A stretch of 64,000 nt of DNA from the NCBI GenBank assembly GCA_031370645.1, contig JANMQV010000171.1, positions 1 to 64,000 on the forward strand, read 5' to 3'. The DNA comes from Candidatus Eiseniibacteriota bacterium (lineage in GTDB: Bacteria > Eisenbacteria > RBG-16-71-46 > SZUA-252). The translations under genes and the position numbers were made by a program. Of this stretch, positions 50,520-59,338 are shown in pieces (position 1 is the first letter of the stretch; every line of letters starts with the position of its first letter). The notes under the pieces are model-generated. The model had not been told where the DNA came from and made no database searches. It saw only the letters and a program-made list of their open reading frames with translations.

Positions 50520-52361
50520 TCAAGCATCGTGGCACTCCACGCACGCCGCCTTCTTGATCCCCGGCATCGGCAACTTGAGATCGTGGCAATCGACGCAGGT
50601 CTTCTCGGCGTCGTCGATGTGGAGGGCGTGGTCAAAGTCGCCGCGGAACGATTTCACGACCTTCTTCTTGACCTCACCGTGGCAGGCGATGCAGTTCGCG
50701 ACGGGCGGCTTGTGGTGGCAGGAGACGCAGCCCTCCGATCCGAACCGGAGGACTTCTCCATCCGGTTTCTCCTCGTGCGTTCGATGGCAGACCTTGCACT
50801 CCACCTTCGCGTCGACGACGTGCCGCGAATGCGCAAACGGCTTCGCGAAGATTTCGCCCCTTTGATCCTGAATCCCGTCGTGGCAATCGAAACAGGTCGC
50901 CGCGTAGGGCGGCTCCCGCCACGGAGCGGGAAGCGGCGCGAGCCCCTTCTCGCGGCGCGCGGCGTTCATGTCGGCGTGGGATTGCCGAAGGAGCGCGTAG
51001 CTGTAGGAAACGTTGTGGAGCCCGCGCCCGCGCGACACGAGGCTCTGATTGAATTGCGCATCCGTCAGGCGCGCCGAGGTCCCGCTCCCGATCACGCGCG
51101 CGGTCTCCACCAACTGGCGCCCGACGGCGGCGGCGCGCTGCTCGGTCCCCGCCTTCCAGCCGAGGTAGATCTTCCGATACCCGGCGCCGTGGCACGCCAT
51201 GCAGGAAACTTCCGTCGCGCGATTGACCGCGGCGGCTTCATGCCCCGGAAGCGACGTGTGGCACCCCTCGCAGCGCACCCCGGCTTGGAACATCGGGCTC
51301 GGTATCGACACCACGCCGCGGCCGCCCGTTCCGGTGTAAAGCGCCAGCTGCGGCGAGTGCCCCGCCTCGTGACACGCCTTGCAGTCGGAGGCCGCCTGAT
51401 GGATTCGCGTGGCCGCCGATTTCACCGCCGCTTCCGCCTTCTCGGCCGTCTTCCCCGCGATGGGTGCAACGTGCTGGAGCTGCAGGTGACAGTCCATGCA
51501 GTCGACCTTGTGCTCCGTCACGTGTTTCTGGTGGAGCAGCACGTCGTTTCCGTACTCCTCCAGCCGGTCCACCTGGTTATGGCACGTCTGGCAGCGTTCT
51601 CGCGGAACTTCACCCGTGCTCCCCTGCGGCTGGGCGTGGCACCAGCGGCACTCCATGCCGAAGCGAGAGACGTCGGCGTGCTGAAACGTCACCGTGCCGA
51701 GCTTGTACGACTTCTCGGGCACCTGGTGGCAGAGGACGCAGCGCGTCGTCCCCTCTCCCTCCTTCGCCCCCTTGAAGTGGCAGAGAATGCAGGTCGAGGT
51801 CGTGACCGCGATGTGGCTCCCCTGCACCATCTGCCCGTGGCACGACGTGCACCGAAGCGTCTTTCCACGGCGCATCTCGGTGAGGTGCGCCGAGTGATCG
51901 AAGAGGACGTCGCCGAGGAGTTCCTTCCCGGCGAGGAGCCGCCGCTCGTGGCAGCGAAGGCACGCCGCGTCCGCGACCTCGGTCCACGGCTTCGTGCCGT
52001 AGGTGCCGGTGAAGTAGCGGGCCACCATCGAAATCGCCTCGTACTTCTTCCGAATCTCGGCGGTGACGCCGGGCGGAATATGGCATTCGACGCAGGCGAT
52101 CTTGCCGTGCGACGAAATCTTCCACGACTTGTAGTAGGGCGCCATGATGTGGCAGGAGCCGCAGAAACTCGGCTTGCTCGTGACTTCCACGGCGGAGAAC
52201 GTGAGGACGAGCCCGATGGCGAAGAGGAGCGCGCCGAGGAATCCCATGGCGCGAAGCGGCGCCGACGCGAGCCGGGCGAGCCCTCCCGCGAAGGGATTCC
52301 TCTTCCCTCTCCCCGAAGGCGGGGGGGACGCGGGCGGATCCGAGGGATCCTCCGTTGTCAC
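50520..52361 (-). CDS. Membrane-anchored 18-haem cytochrome c with NapC/NirT-type N-terminus
   Basis: N-terminal TM helix, TSKPSFCGSCHIM and SWKISSH NapC-like start; 18 CxxCH counted. Confidence 0.9.
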   Translation of the reverse strand: MTTEDPSDPPASPPPSGRGKRNPFAGGLARLASAPLRAMGFLGALLFAIGLVLTFSAVEVTSKPSFCGSCHIMAPYYKSWKISSHGKIACVECHIPPGVTAEIRKKYEAISMVARYFTGTYGTKPWTEVADAACLRCHERRLLAGKELLGDVLFDHSAHLTEMRRGKTLRCTSCHGQMVQGSHIAVTTSTCILCHFKGAKEGEGTTRCVLCHQVPEKSYKLGTVTFQHADVSRFGMECRWCHAQPQGSTGEVPRERCQTCHNQVDRLEEYGNDVLLHQKHVTEHKVDCMDCHLQLQHVAPIAGKTAEKAEAAVKSAATRIHQAASDCKACHEAGHSPQLALYTGTGGRGVVSIPSPMFQAGVRCEGCHTSLPGHEAAAVNRATEVSCMACHGAGYRKIYLGWKAGTEQRAAAVGRQLVETARVIGSGTSARLTDAQFNQSLVSRGRGLHNVSYSYALLRQSHADMNAARREKGLAPLPAPWREPPYAATCFDCHDGIQDQRGEIFAKPFAHSRHVVDAKVECKVCHRTHEEKPDGEVLRFGSEGCVSCHHKPPVANCIACHGEVKKKVVKSFRGDFDHALHIDDAEKTCVDCHDLKLPMPGIKKAACVECHDA

Positions 52362-53653
52362 CGGCTCCGCCCCGCTGCCCGGCGACGCGCGCGCATGATG
52401 ACGGCGGCGGTCAAGAGGAGATAGAACCAGAAGAGCCCGAGCCCGACCTTATTCCACCAGCGGCTGGAAATCTTCTCGCGCACCTCCTCGCTCACGCGCG
52501 CGGCGATGGATCGCGCCTTTCGCGTGTGCGGTTCCACGAGCGTCGAGTCGAGCGAGTGGGTCACCGGAGCGGCCTCGAGGAGCGCCGTCCTCGCGTCTTG
52601 CAGCCGGGAGCGATAATCGTCCACGTAGAGCGGAATGGCGGCCGCTTGCGCGACCCACTTGTCCGCCTTCTCGATCTCCGACGCGGCGTCGTCCTTCATG
52701 CGGGCCAGCGTGAGCCCGACTCGATACTCCTTGTCTCCCTTGTCATGGCACCCGAGACAAGAAGCCGCGAACTCCGCGGGCGGCACCGCCTGCGTCTTGT
52801 GGCTGTTGTGGCAGGCCGCGCACTCCGGTTGCCCCGCCTGGTCCATGGCTTCTTTGTGGGGGCTCGCGAGGAAGTAGGTTCGCGTCTTGAGGTGGCACTG
52901 GCCGCAGACCTTCTCCACGTCTCCAACACCTGGCGGTGTCGCTCCATGACTCCCATGGCAGCGAGTGCAATCGGGCGCCGACGGATCATCGCCCGAAAGA
53001 TACGCTTTTCCGTGTACGCCCGCCTTGTAGTCGCTCACCGGATCTTGCTTCAGGCCGTGCCGTTTCCGAAACGCCGCGTCACCGTGGCATTTGCCACACG
53101 TGCCGGGGATATTTCGGCCGAAGACTTGGCTCTTCGGGTCCTCCGGTTTGCGAATCTCGTGCACACCATGGCAATCGGTGCAGACCGCTACCGATTCGTC
53201 TCCCTTTGCCAGCTTCATGCCGTGATAGGAGAGTTGATAGAGCGCGTACTGGTCGGACGGCAGATTGTAGAAGCGCATGCGCGCCACGTCGGCATGACAC
53301 GACGCGCAGAGCGCGGGGATCGACCGCCGAGCGGGCTTGCCGCGGAACCCGGCTCCATGCGCCCCTTCCACGGTGAGCGCGGCCGAGTTTCCACCGTGGC
53401 ACGACGTGCACGGCACTCCCTCGCTCTTGTGAATTCCCTTCTCGTACTTCACCCGAATGTCGGAGTGGCAGACGCCGCACATGGCGGAGCCCTTCGCGGG
53501 GGCGACTCCCGTGGGCGCCACGCGGGGCGGCCGAGTGGTTTCCTCCCGCACCGCACCCGGCGCCTGGGCTCGGGCGGGTTCCGCGGCGATGCTGACGCTA
53601 CCCGCCGAAAGCACGAGCGCGAAGGCCCAGAACCAGCGACCCGCGCGGCTCAT
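52358..53653 (-). CDS. 9-haem cytochrome c with signal peptide, coiled coil and C-terminal TM anchor
   Basis: 9 CxxCH counted; C-terminal helix GLGLFWFYLLLTAAVIM. Confidence 0.9.
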   Translation of the reverse strand: MSRAGRWFWAFALVLSAGSVSIAAEPARAQAPGAVREETTRPPRVAPTGVAPAKGSAMCGVCHSDIRVKYEKGIHKSEGVPCTSCHGGNSAALTVEGAHGAGFRGKPARRSIPALCASCHADVARMRFYNLPSDQYALYQLSYHGMKLAKGDESVAVCTDCHGVHEIRKPEDPKSQVFGRNIPGTCGKCHGDAAFRKRHGLKQDPVSDYKAGVHGKAYLSGDDPSAPDCTRCHGSHGATPPGVGDVEKVCGQCHLKTRTYFLASPHKEAMDQAGQPECAACHNSHKTQAVPPAEFAASCLGCHDKGDKEYRVGLTLARMKDDAASEIEKADKWVAQAAAIPLYVDDYRSRLQDARTALLEAAPVTHSLDSTLVEPHTRKARSIAARVSEEVREKISSRWWNKVGLGLFWFYLLLTAAVIMRARRRAAGRSR

Positions 53654-54774
53654 CGACCCACCTCCAGGTACCATCCGATCCAAGTGAGCGCGCCCCAGCC
53701 GACGAGTAACACGATGCCGAGCACCCTGAAAAGCATTCGGCGCGCCCCCGATCCCGACTCGCGATCGAGAAACGGCAGGATCAGCACGACTGCCAGAATG
53801 GCCTCGGGAATCACGCCCCGAAGAATCTTGGGTAGAAACGAGAGAGCTTCCATCAGCGCGAGCGGAGCGAGGAGATACCAGGGCGGTCTCGCGTCGGGCG
53901 GCGTCAGGATCGGATTCGCAACAGCGTCGAATGGCTGCGGGAAGAGCACCGCCAGCGTCATGAGCCCGCCGACCATGAAGATGACCAGGAGGAAGAGGTC
54001 GTACATGGCGACGCGCAACGATCGCTTCGCGGCGGGCGCCGCTTCGACGCGCGACATGCCCACGCGCCGCACGCTCGAGAAGTGAATGTAGAAAAGGAGG
54101 AGCAGGAGAATCGGAAAGATGGCGATGTGAAGCACGTAGTAACGCGTGAGAACCGTCGAGTCGAGTCCGTTCCCTCCCACCAGGAACGAAGTGATCGGTC
54201 CGAGGATCGGGAGGGCGTCGGTCACTTCCCGCGCGCGGACGGTCGTCCAGTAGCCGGAGGCGTCGTACGGCAGGAGCCGTCCGGTCAAATCGGCAATCGC
54301 CGCGGCGACGAACGTGAGGACCGCCGCCATCCAGACGACCTCACGACCGCGAGCGTAGAGGCCCTGGAAGAAGAAGCGGATCACCCGCATTCCGAGGAGG
54401 ATCAAGAAGAGCGCGGCCGACCAGTAGTGGACCTGGTGAATCAGGACGCCGAAGGCAACGTCGCGGGCGATCAACGTGACCGAGGGGTACGCCTGCTCCG
54501 CGGTCGGCTGGTAGTAGAACGCCAGCATCGTTCCCGTCGCCACGAGAAAGAGGAAGAGAAGGAACGAGAGGATCCCGAGCACGCGCGGCCAACGCGCATA
54601 GGAGGGGAGCGGTTGCGACATGGCTTCGCGCAACGCCTCGCGGAGCGGCTTCCGCGAGTCGAGCTCCGCGGGAAGGAGCCCGAAGACGCTCAGGAACGAA
54701 ACGATCTCCGTCAGGTTGACCCGCGATTCGAGCCAGCCTAAGAGCGATCGCTTTCCCTCTCGATTCGATTCCAC
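53650..54774 (-). CDS. Cytochrome b of Rieske/cytb complex (b6 and subunit IV fused), divergent
   Basis: TGTMLAFYYQP, HQVHYW, YARGRE..W, LLPYD..YW, TRYYVLH-14x-H, RPPWY. Confidence 0.88.
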   Translation of the reverse strand: MESNREGKRSLLGWLESRVNLTEIVSFLSVFGLLPAELDSRKPLREALREAMSQPLPSYARWPRVLGILSFLLFLFLVATGTMLAFYYQPTAEQAYPSVTLIARDVAFGVLIHQVHYWSAALFLILLGMRVIRFFFQGLYARGREVVWMAAVLTFVAAAIADLTGRLLPYDASGYWTTVRAREVTDALPILGPITSFLVGGNGLDSTVLTRYYVLHIAIFPILLLLLFYIHFSSVRRVGMSRVEAAPAAKRSLRVAMYDLFLLVIFMVGGLMTLAVLFPQPFDAVANPILTPPDARPPWYLLAPLALMEALSFLPKILRGVIPEAILAVVLILPFLDRESGSGARRMLFRVLGIVLLVGWGALTWIGWYLEVGR

Positions 54775-54787
54775 GTGGCCCCTCCGC

Positions 54788-55234
54788 TCAGGTGTGAACG
54801 ACGATTTCGTCCGCCCGCACTTCCGCGGGGTATTGCGGGAGCGGCTTTTTCGGCGGGCCGCCCAGGACATTCCCCTTTCGGTCGAACGATCCGTCGTGGC
54901 AGGGGCACTGGAAGGTGCTCGTTTCGCGGTCCCACCGGAGAACGCAGCGCATGTGCGTGCAGATCGCGGAGACCGCGAGAACCTGGCCCTCGGAGACCCT
55001 CAGCACGAAGAAGGGGTCGTTCCCGTGGTGGACGAATCGGGCGTCGCCGACCGGGAGTGAGGAGAGCGCGCCGGCGCGGATCGCCTTATCACCCGGCCGG
55101 TGTTCCGAGGAGGGCGCTTTGAGGAACGAGGTGGCGACGCCAGCGGCCGCCGGCGCCCAGAGCGCCAAAAACCCCCTCGAGAGCCAGATCAGCACCCCGC
55201 GGCGTTCAAGATCGGTGCCTTCGCTGTCTTTCAC
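54788..55234 (-). CDS. Rieske 2Fe-2S subunit of quinol:cytochrome c oxidoreductase
   Basis: Tat-like ERRGVL, TM helix, CTHMRC and CPCHDG boxes, GGPPKKPL. Confidence 0.92.
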   Translation of the reverse strand: MKDSEGTDLERRGVLIWLSRGFLALWAPAAAGVATSFLKAPSSEHRPGDKAIRAGALSSLPVGDARFVHHGNDPFFVLRVSEGQVLAVSAICTHMRCVLRWDRETSTFQCPCHDGSFDRKGNVLGGPPKKPLPQYPAEVRADEIVVHT

Positions 55235-57453
55235 GCGTCTCCTTCCCGGCGCGGGCTCTCGGCGGCCCGGCGCGCTTCGGCTTCCTCCGCTTGCCGGCGG
55301 CGGATGGCCTCCAACTCGAGCGGATGTTCGTCGGCCATTTCTTCCTCCGTGATCGTTCCCTTGAGCCAGGCGAGATTCATCGGATAGACGTCCGGATTGA
55401 AGATCACGAAGTAGAGGTGCCAGACGACGATCGCCAGCGTGGCGAGGATCGCCTCGTAGTAGTGGATGGAGCGGGCGGCGTCCCAGCCGAGTTTGCTGAG
55501 GAGCGTGATCGCCGGATCCTGGAACCAGAGCACGACGCCCGTGACCGCCATGGCCACCGTCCCCCAGACGAGTGCCCAGTACTCCGCCTTCTCGATGTAG
55601 GAGAAGCGTCCGAACCGGGGCCGCTCCTTACGCATCCCCGCATAGTAGCGCAGCGCCGCCACCACGTCTCCCAGATCGCCCGGGCGGGGAAGCATGTCGC
55701 GGAGGAATTCGCGGCCGCGGGCCGTGAACAAGAGGTAGTGGATGTGAACCACCGACGCTACGAGCATCGTCACGCCCGCCACACGGTGGATGACGCTTCG
55801 CGCCTCGAAGAGATGCCCCCAAGCCTTCCTGAGCAGCGTGATCCACCACGCCTCTGGGAAGCGAAGCATGAAGCCGGTCATCACCAGGACGACGAAACTG
55901 ACGAGGAGCGTGGCGTGCTGGATCCGCTCGCTCTTCGTCATCCGGACGTAGAGCGCGCGGCTATCCGGTTCGTGCGCCGGCTCGAGCCCGCGCCGAACGC
56001 GGAGTTTGTGCCGCGCCTTTCGCCAGAAGTCGATCGCGTTGTGGAGGAACATGCCGCCCACGACCCCGACGATGAGGAGGGTGTAGATCGTGGCGATCCA
56101 GTAGAGGAGCGGCTCCTCGGCGTTCTCCGACTCGAGATGGACTTTGCCCCGGGCGAAGGCCGCCGTCGCGCCGGAGTGGCATTCGCCGCATGTTTTCGCG
56201 AGGTTGGCCGGGTGAACGAGGCTCTTCGGATCGCTCGACGGGAGGATGTCGTGGGATCCGTGGCACGACGCGCAATTGGCGGCGGAGACCTGGCCGCCCC
56301 GAATGGCGAGGCCGTGGAACGAATCGTTGAACGTCTTGAAGCGATCGCTCCGAATGCCGTACTTGGTGGCGAGGCGGACGGAGGAATGGCAGGGGGAGCA
56401 AACCTCGGTGGAGACATTCCCCGGCGCTACCGGGGAGTCGGGGGCGTCGGCCTTCTTGATCGTGTGCTCGCCGTGGCAGTCGGTGCAGACCGGCGCGTCG
56501 GGATTCCCCTTCTTGATGGCCTTTCCGTGAACGCTGCCATCGAACGCGTGCGCCACCTTTTCGTGGCAGCGACCGCAGGTGGCGGGGATGTGGAATTTTT
56601 CGGTCTTCGCGTCGGCGACGTATCCCTTCGCCATCTCGTGCGCGCCGTGACAATCGATGCAGGTGGCCGATTTGGCGTTTCCTTTCCGAAGCTCGGCGCT
56701 GTGGATGCTCGTCTCGTACGACTTGATGAATCCCGCTCTCGGGCCGACGCGCTCCCGAACGACGGCGTCGTCCAAGTGGCAATCGACGCAGAGCCTCTCC
56801 TGCTCCAGTTTGTGGTGCGCGTTCTCCCCGCCGTTTCGCGCGGCCGTGATCGCTTGCTTGTGGCAGCCGATGCAGGTCGGCGCCTCCTTCTGCCCCTCCG
56901 CGGCGGCGCGCCCGTGCGCTGAGTGTTCGTAGCGCGCCACTTCGTCCTTGTGGCACGGCACGCAGCCGGCGTTGACCGCGCGCGCGCCTGTGGCGGTGGT
57001 GAGGGCGCCTTTCGTGGGGACGTCGTGCGTGCCGTGGCAGGACTTGCAGGTCAGTTTGCCGGTCGCGCCGCGCACCTTGGCGTTCGTGGCGGGAGCGTGG
57101 AAGACGTGAGACGAGTCCGCGTTCTCGTGGCAGCCGCCGCAGAAGACCGGCGTGAGACGCGCCCGGTGCGGCGTCTTTTCCGGATCGAACCCCACGTGGC
57201 ACTCCACGCAGGCGAGCTTCGCGTGGGCGGAGGCGAGGAGTACGGCGGGCGCGACGTCGAGCGAGACCTTCTCGCCTCGAATCGTGCGCGGCTCGAGCGT
57301 GCCGCCGGAGTGGCAGTCGAGGCACGCTTCGTCGGCTTCGTGTGGAGCGCGAGCCTCTGCGCTGGGGGGGAGGAAGGATAGGGCGATCCACGCCGCCAGG
57401 GTGATCCCCCCGGCGCTCATCGCCCTCGACAACAACCCCCATCGACTCCTCAT
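55231..57453 (-). CDS. 13-haem cytochrome c fused to FdnI/HydC-like cytochrome b (CbcL-like architecture)
   Basis: Signal peptide; 13 CxxCH counted; membrane domain ERIQH, IHRVAG..VHIHY, RFSYIEKAEYWA, SIHYYEA..WHLY. Confidence 0.9.
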   Translation of the reverse strand: MRSRWGLLSRAMSAGGITLAAWIALSFLPPSAEARAPHEADEACLDCHSGGTLEPRTIRGEKVSLDVAPAVLLASAHAKLACVECHVGFDPEKTPHRARLTPVFCGGCHENADSSHVFHAPATNAKVRGATGKLTCKSCHGTHDVPTKGALTTATGARAVNAGCVPCHKDEVARYEHSAHGRAAAEGQKEAPTCIGCHKQAITAARNGGENAHHKLEQERLCVDCHLDDAVVRERVGPRAGFIKSYETSIHSAELRKGNAKSATCIDCHGAHEMAKGYVADAKTEKFHIPATCGRCHEKVAHAFDGSVHGKAIKKGNPDAPVCTDCHGEHTIKKADAPDSPVAPGNVSTEVCSPCHSSVRLATKYGIRSDRFKTFNDSFHGLAIRGGQVSAANCASCHGSHDILPSSDPKSLVHPANLAKTCGECHSGATAAFARGKVHLESENAEEPLLYWIATIYTLLIVGVVGGMFLHNAIDFWRKARHKLRVRRGLEPAHEPDSRALYVRMTKSERIQHATLLVSFVVLVMTGFMLRFPEAWWITLLRKAWGHLFEARSVIHRVAGVTMLVASVVHIHYLLFTARGREFLRDMLPRPGDLGDVVAALRYYAGMRKERPRFGRFSYIEKAEYWALVWGTVAMAVTGVVLWFQDPAITLLSKLGWDAARSIHYYEAILATLAIVVWHLYFVIFNPDVYPMNLAWLKGTITEEEMADEHPLELEAIRRRQAEEAEARRAAESPRREGDA

Positions 57454-57551
57454 TCGTCCCCATCCTGAGTGGAAAGGTCCAGGTGCCACCAGACCCTTTT
57501 TGCCTCCTGCCAATAGATTGCGGCAGGACGGACGCGAGAGGCTACGGGACC

Positions 57552-57649
57552 CCCGCCCCGGCGTCAGGTGGACTTGGGTAGTACTGGAGCCTCCCGCGGG
57601 CCCCTCGGGCCGGGGTTCGCGGCAATCGGGTCGCTGACGCCCGGGCGGG
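57552..57649. repeat. 98-nt fold-back element bounded by 16-bp inverted repeats
   Basis: CCCGCCCCGGCGTCAG (57552-57567) versus CTGACGCCCGGGCGGG (57634-57649), one mismatch, with internal stems. Confidence 0.45.
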
Positions 57650-57669
57650 AGGGCGCTACACTGCCTCGC

Positions 57670-58566
57670 ATGTATGAGGCCTCGGCCGATTTCGACGCGC
57701 AGTGGGACTACGACCGCCCCGATTCCACCGAGGCGCGCTTTCGCGCTCTCCTTCCGGAGGCCCGGCGGGCGGGCGATCCCGATTACCTGGCGCAACTTCT
57801 CACGCAGATCGCGCGCGCCGAGGGGCTCCAGATGAAATTCGACGACGCGACGCGAACGCTGGACGAGGCGGAGGCGCTCGTAACCGACCAAGGGCCCGTC
57901 GGCCGGGTGCGCGTTCTTCTCGAGCGCGGGCGCGTCCTCAATTCTTCGAAGCGCGCTGAAGAATCGAAGCCGCTCTTCCGCGCGGCATGGGACCTGGCGT
58001 GTTCGATCCGCTCCGACGGATTCGCCGTCGACGCGGCACACATGCTGGGGATCGTGGAGTCGGGCGACTCCTCCGTCCTGTGGAATCGGACCGCGATCGA
58101 CTACGCCGAGAAGTCGGCCGACCCCAAGGCACGCCGCTGGCTCGGTTCCCTCTACAACAATCTCGGCTGGACGTATCACGAGAAGGGTGAATTCGGAACC
58201 GCGCTCGACCTCTTCCAGAAGGCGCTCGCCGAGCGGGAGTCCGAAGGCAAGAAGGGACGGATCCACCATGCCCGCTGGTGCGTGGCGCGGGCGCTCCGCT
58301 CGCTGGGGCGATTCCAGGAGGCGTTGGCGTCGCAGGAGGCGATGCTAGCCGAGGGTGTGGCCGACCACGCTCCCGACGGGTATGTCGAGGAGGAGATCGG
58401 TGAGTGCCTGCTTGCCCTGAGCCGCGAGACGGAAGCGGCCCCCCACTTCGCCGCGGCCTACCGGCTCCTCGAGAGCGACCCCTGGCTTCGACGCGACGAA
58501 GCCGATCGGCTGAAACGACTGCGCCGGCTGGGCGGGTTGCCCGAGCCGGCGCCGAAACAGCCGTAG
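57670..58566 (+). CDS. Tetratricopeptide repeat protein
   Basis: Helical repeats (LLTQIARAEGLQ, LERGRVLNS, VDAAHML, SLYNNLGW, ARWCVARALRSLG); start MYEAS. Confidence 0.85.
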   Translation: MYEASADFDAQWDYDRPDSTEARFRALLPEARRAGDPDYLAQLLTQIARAEGLQMKFDDATRTLDEAEALVTDQGPVGRVRVLLERGRVLNSSKRAEESKPLFRAAWDLACSIRSDGFAVDAAHMLGIVESGDSSVLWNRTAIDYAEKSADPKARRWLGSLYNNLGWTYHEKGEFGTALDLFQKALAERESEGKKGRIHHARWCVARALRSLGRFQEALASQEAMLAEGVADHAPDGYVEEEIGECLLALSRETEAAPHFAAAYRLLESDPWLRRDEADRLKRLRRLGGLPEPAPKQP

Positions 58567-58588
58567 CCGCGTTACCAGCCCGCCGCGA

Positions 58589-59152
58589 TCACATCTTCGG
58601 CCAGAGCCACCCGAAGACGCCGCCCGTGAAGAGTCCGTAGAGGAGCGCGTCGAATACCGCCCTCCAGGTCGTTCCCCAGTTCCGCTTGTACCAGATCGAA
58701 TCGGGAATGCAGCCGAAGCCGTAGGCCACGAACGCGACGCATCCCGCGAAACGATAGACCTGCAAGTACGTGGCGCCAGCCTGAAGGGCATGGCCGGTGA
58801 CGTACGCGGCAACGATCGACACTGCCACGCAGAAGAAGAACCACTGGACGAGTTCCTTCCCCATCGACGGCGCTTTCCCCTTCATGAGCGTCATGAACAC
58901 GATGGGGCCCTTCGTCATCTTCGCCACGAAGGCAGGGTCCTTCATGCACTCCATGCCCTCCCCGCGAGGAACCATGTAGTCCCCCGGCGGGATGTCGAGC
59001 CTTTGGAGCGCCTCCAACAATTCGTCTTCCTTCGCGACCTTCTTGAAGTCGTTCTTGTGGATCGGCAGCATCATGTGGAGGATGGCGCTCAGAATGAAGA
59101 CAACGACGGCGGAGAGCAGAATCGGGAGCAGGAGTGACGGGATCGAAACCAT
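58589..59152 (-). CDS. Conserved-looking hypothetical integral membrane protein
   Basis: MVSIPSLLLPILLSAVVVF..., four hydrophobic helices, AGGAAGGG SD-like sequence. Confidence 0.8.
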   Translation of the reverse strand: MVSIPSLLLPILLSAVVVFILSAILHMMLPIHKNDFKKVAKEDELLEALQRLDIPPGDYMVPRGEGMECMKDPAFVAKMTKGPIVFMTLMKGKAPSMGKELVQWFFFCVAVSIVAAYVTGHALQAGATYLQVYRFAGCVAFVAYGFGCIPDSIWYKRNWGTTWRAVFDALLYGLFTGGVFGWLWPKM

Positions 59153-59338
59153 GTTCCCTTCCTCTCGTGGGGGTCGGTGACGCGCGCTCCGGAGTGGTGG
59201 CGACGATCCGGGACATGGCAGGGGCCGCGTCGCTCCGGAGGATAGCATGCGGGCAGCCGTCCATGTCCGTACCCCGTAGCGCCCCGGCGCGTCGACCCGG
59301 TCGCGCAGACCCCCTCTCTCCGCTACACTGCCCTCCCC

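Noticed and set aside
57454-57540. c-di-GMP-I riboswitch suggested by GGCAAA on the minus strand
   Set aside because: The GAAA tetraloop and GCAAAG junction elements are absent.
55231-58269. N-terminal extensions in the ORF track (also 12947-14956, 30761-32782, 43154-45634, 23940-25634)
   Set aside because: The extensions overlap neighbouring genes in other frames or strands; better starts exist with stop/start coupling, SD or signal peptide.
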